A DNA stretch of 59,097 nt from Candidatus Omnitrophota bacterium (lineage in GTDB: Bacteria; Omnitrophota; Gorgyraeia; JAFGHF01), in assembly GCA_042571705.1 (NCBI GenBank), contig JBHPFV010000007.1, forward strand, positions 1-59,097, read 5' to 3'. Every line of letters begins with the position of its first letter. Position 1 is the stretch's first letter. Positions 58,376 through 59,097 of this stretch are shown in pieces. A program made the position numbers and the translations under genes. Below the pieces are notes generated by a model that did no database searches, was not told where the DNA came from, and saw only the letters and a program-made list of their open reading frames with translations.

Positions 58376-58430
58376 GGAATCCTCCTTTTTGCTAACGCCT
58401 TACTATCAATATCCTAAATATGTTCCTGAT

Positions 58431-58547
58431 ATTATATCCTAAACAAAAGCCCCTTGCAACTTATTTTGTTACAAGGGGTTAAAAGTAGCAGCCCTGGTTC
58501 TAAGCAGTGGTAAAATTTGGCTCCCCGGGCGGGTCTTTGTTGATAAC
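58431..58547. repeat. Recurrent boundary element, copy E, with promoter and tRNA-3'-end-like sequence
   Basis: AGCCCCTTGCAACTTATTTTGTTACAAGGGGTT; minus-strand TTGCAA-17-TATAAT; 58518-58533 reverse complement is CCCGCCCGGGGAGCCA. Confidence 0.7.
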
Positions 58548-58729
58548 AGGAAATAGGTATGACCCCTTTTTCCCTGTTTAATCCTTTATCGCAGTGTGGT
58601 CATCCATTACACAGCAGACCATTCGATCAGTATAGCGAAAAAGGAAATCTTCAGAGTAGCTTGCACTTTTGTCCTTTTAGATGTATAATGCTTTGATATT
58701 AAAAACTAACACTAAACCGGGAGAAAAAC

Positions 58730-59097
58730 ATGTTTTTAAATGAAGAAATATGCAGCCAAGTCAAAGAAAGATTTAATGATTTAAAAGATGACGTAAAGCT
58801 TGTGGTCTTCACACAGCAAAGTGAATGCCAGCATTGCGAAGAAAACCAAAAACTTGCAGAAGAGGTATCAGCATTATCGGATAAGATCTCTACAACAGTT
58901 TTCGATTTCCGCTCAGATAAAGAACAGGTCAAAAAGTATGGTATCGATAAAGTGCCGGCCATAGCTATTATAGGAAAAGCCGATTACGGCATACGCTTAT
59001 ATGGCATGCCAACCGGATATGACTTTATATCATTGATCGAGGGCATTCGAATCGTTTCAACGGGAGAAACGCAGCTAACAAGTGAAGACAATGAATA
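58730..59097 (+). CDS. Protein disulfide oxidoreductase (AhpF-N/GlrX-arch-like), truncated by the window edge; not in the ORF track
   Basis: MFLNEEICSQVKERFNDLKDDVKLVVFTQQSECQHC..YGIDKVPAI..DYGIRLYGMPTGYDF; TTGCAC-17-TATAAT upstream. Confidence 0.85.
   Translation, partial: MFLNEEICSQVKERFNDLKDDVKLVVFTQQSECQHCEENQKLAEEVSALSDKISTTVFDFRSDKEQVKKYGIDKVPAIAIIGKADYGIRLYGMPTGYDFISLIEGIRIVSTGETQLTSEDNE

Noticed and set aside
58490-58600. Possible intact tRNA gene
   Set aside because: Only a 16-nt 3'-end-like segment; no TTCGA T-loop or cloverleaf can be built
58699-58962. 87-aa minus-strand ORF
   Set aside because: Antisense to the plus-strand disulfide oxidoreductase starting at 58730

Overview
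Bacterial chromosomal window of moderate GC, with most genes on the minus strand. Lipoproteins and beta-barrels indicate a diderm envelope, and the gene content is reminiscent of Ca. Omnitrophota or similar uncultured lineages (inference only). 1-21 kb is mostly housekeeping: HD hydrolase, rlmB, suhB, eda, HMGL-like aldolase, csp, thyA-like, nspC plus two tandem carboxy(nor)spermidine dehydrogenases, maf, dusB and a GAF kinase. It also holds a 920-aa elongation factor G fused behind a transmembrane anchor, coiled coil and Pro-rich linker. 21.2-44 kb holds the main candidate novel system: an excisionase/BldC-type HTH gene with 10-bp-periodic upstream repeats, a variant c-di-GMP-I riboswitch whose P1 helix sequesters the RBS of a 4623-aa FecR + helical + Ig/Fn3 giant protein, then a TPR/beta-barrel, a TPR/Ig/Fn3 lipoprotein, a CHASE2 adenylate cyclase, an exported CxxS thioredoxin, and a convergent stand-alone paralogue of the giant protein's C-terminus. 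45-59 kb is accessory: a degenerate ECF sigma/anti-sigma/dual receiver set, an E/Q/M repeat protein, two more csp genes, copA, an ArsP-type permease, alkD, a carbonic-anhydrase-like gene and a TreT-like glycosyltransferase. This part is divided into cassette-like blocks by a recurrent palindrome that often carries a promoter. All calls come from manual motif recognition; no searches were run.
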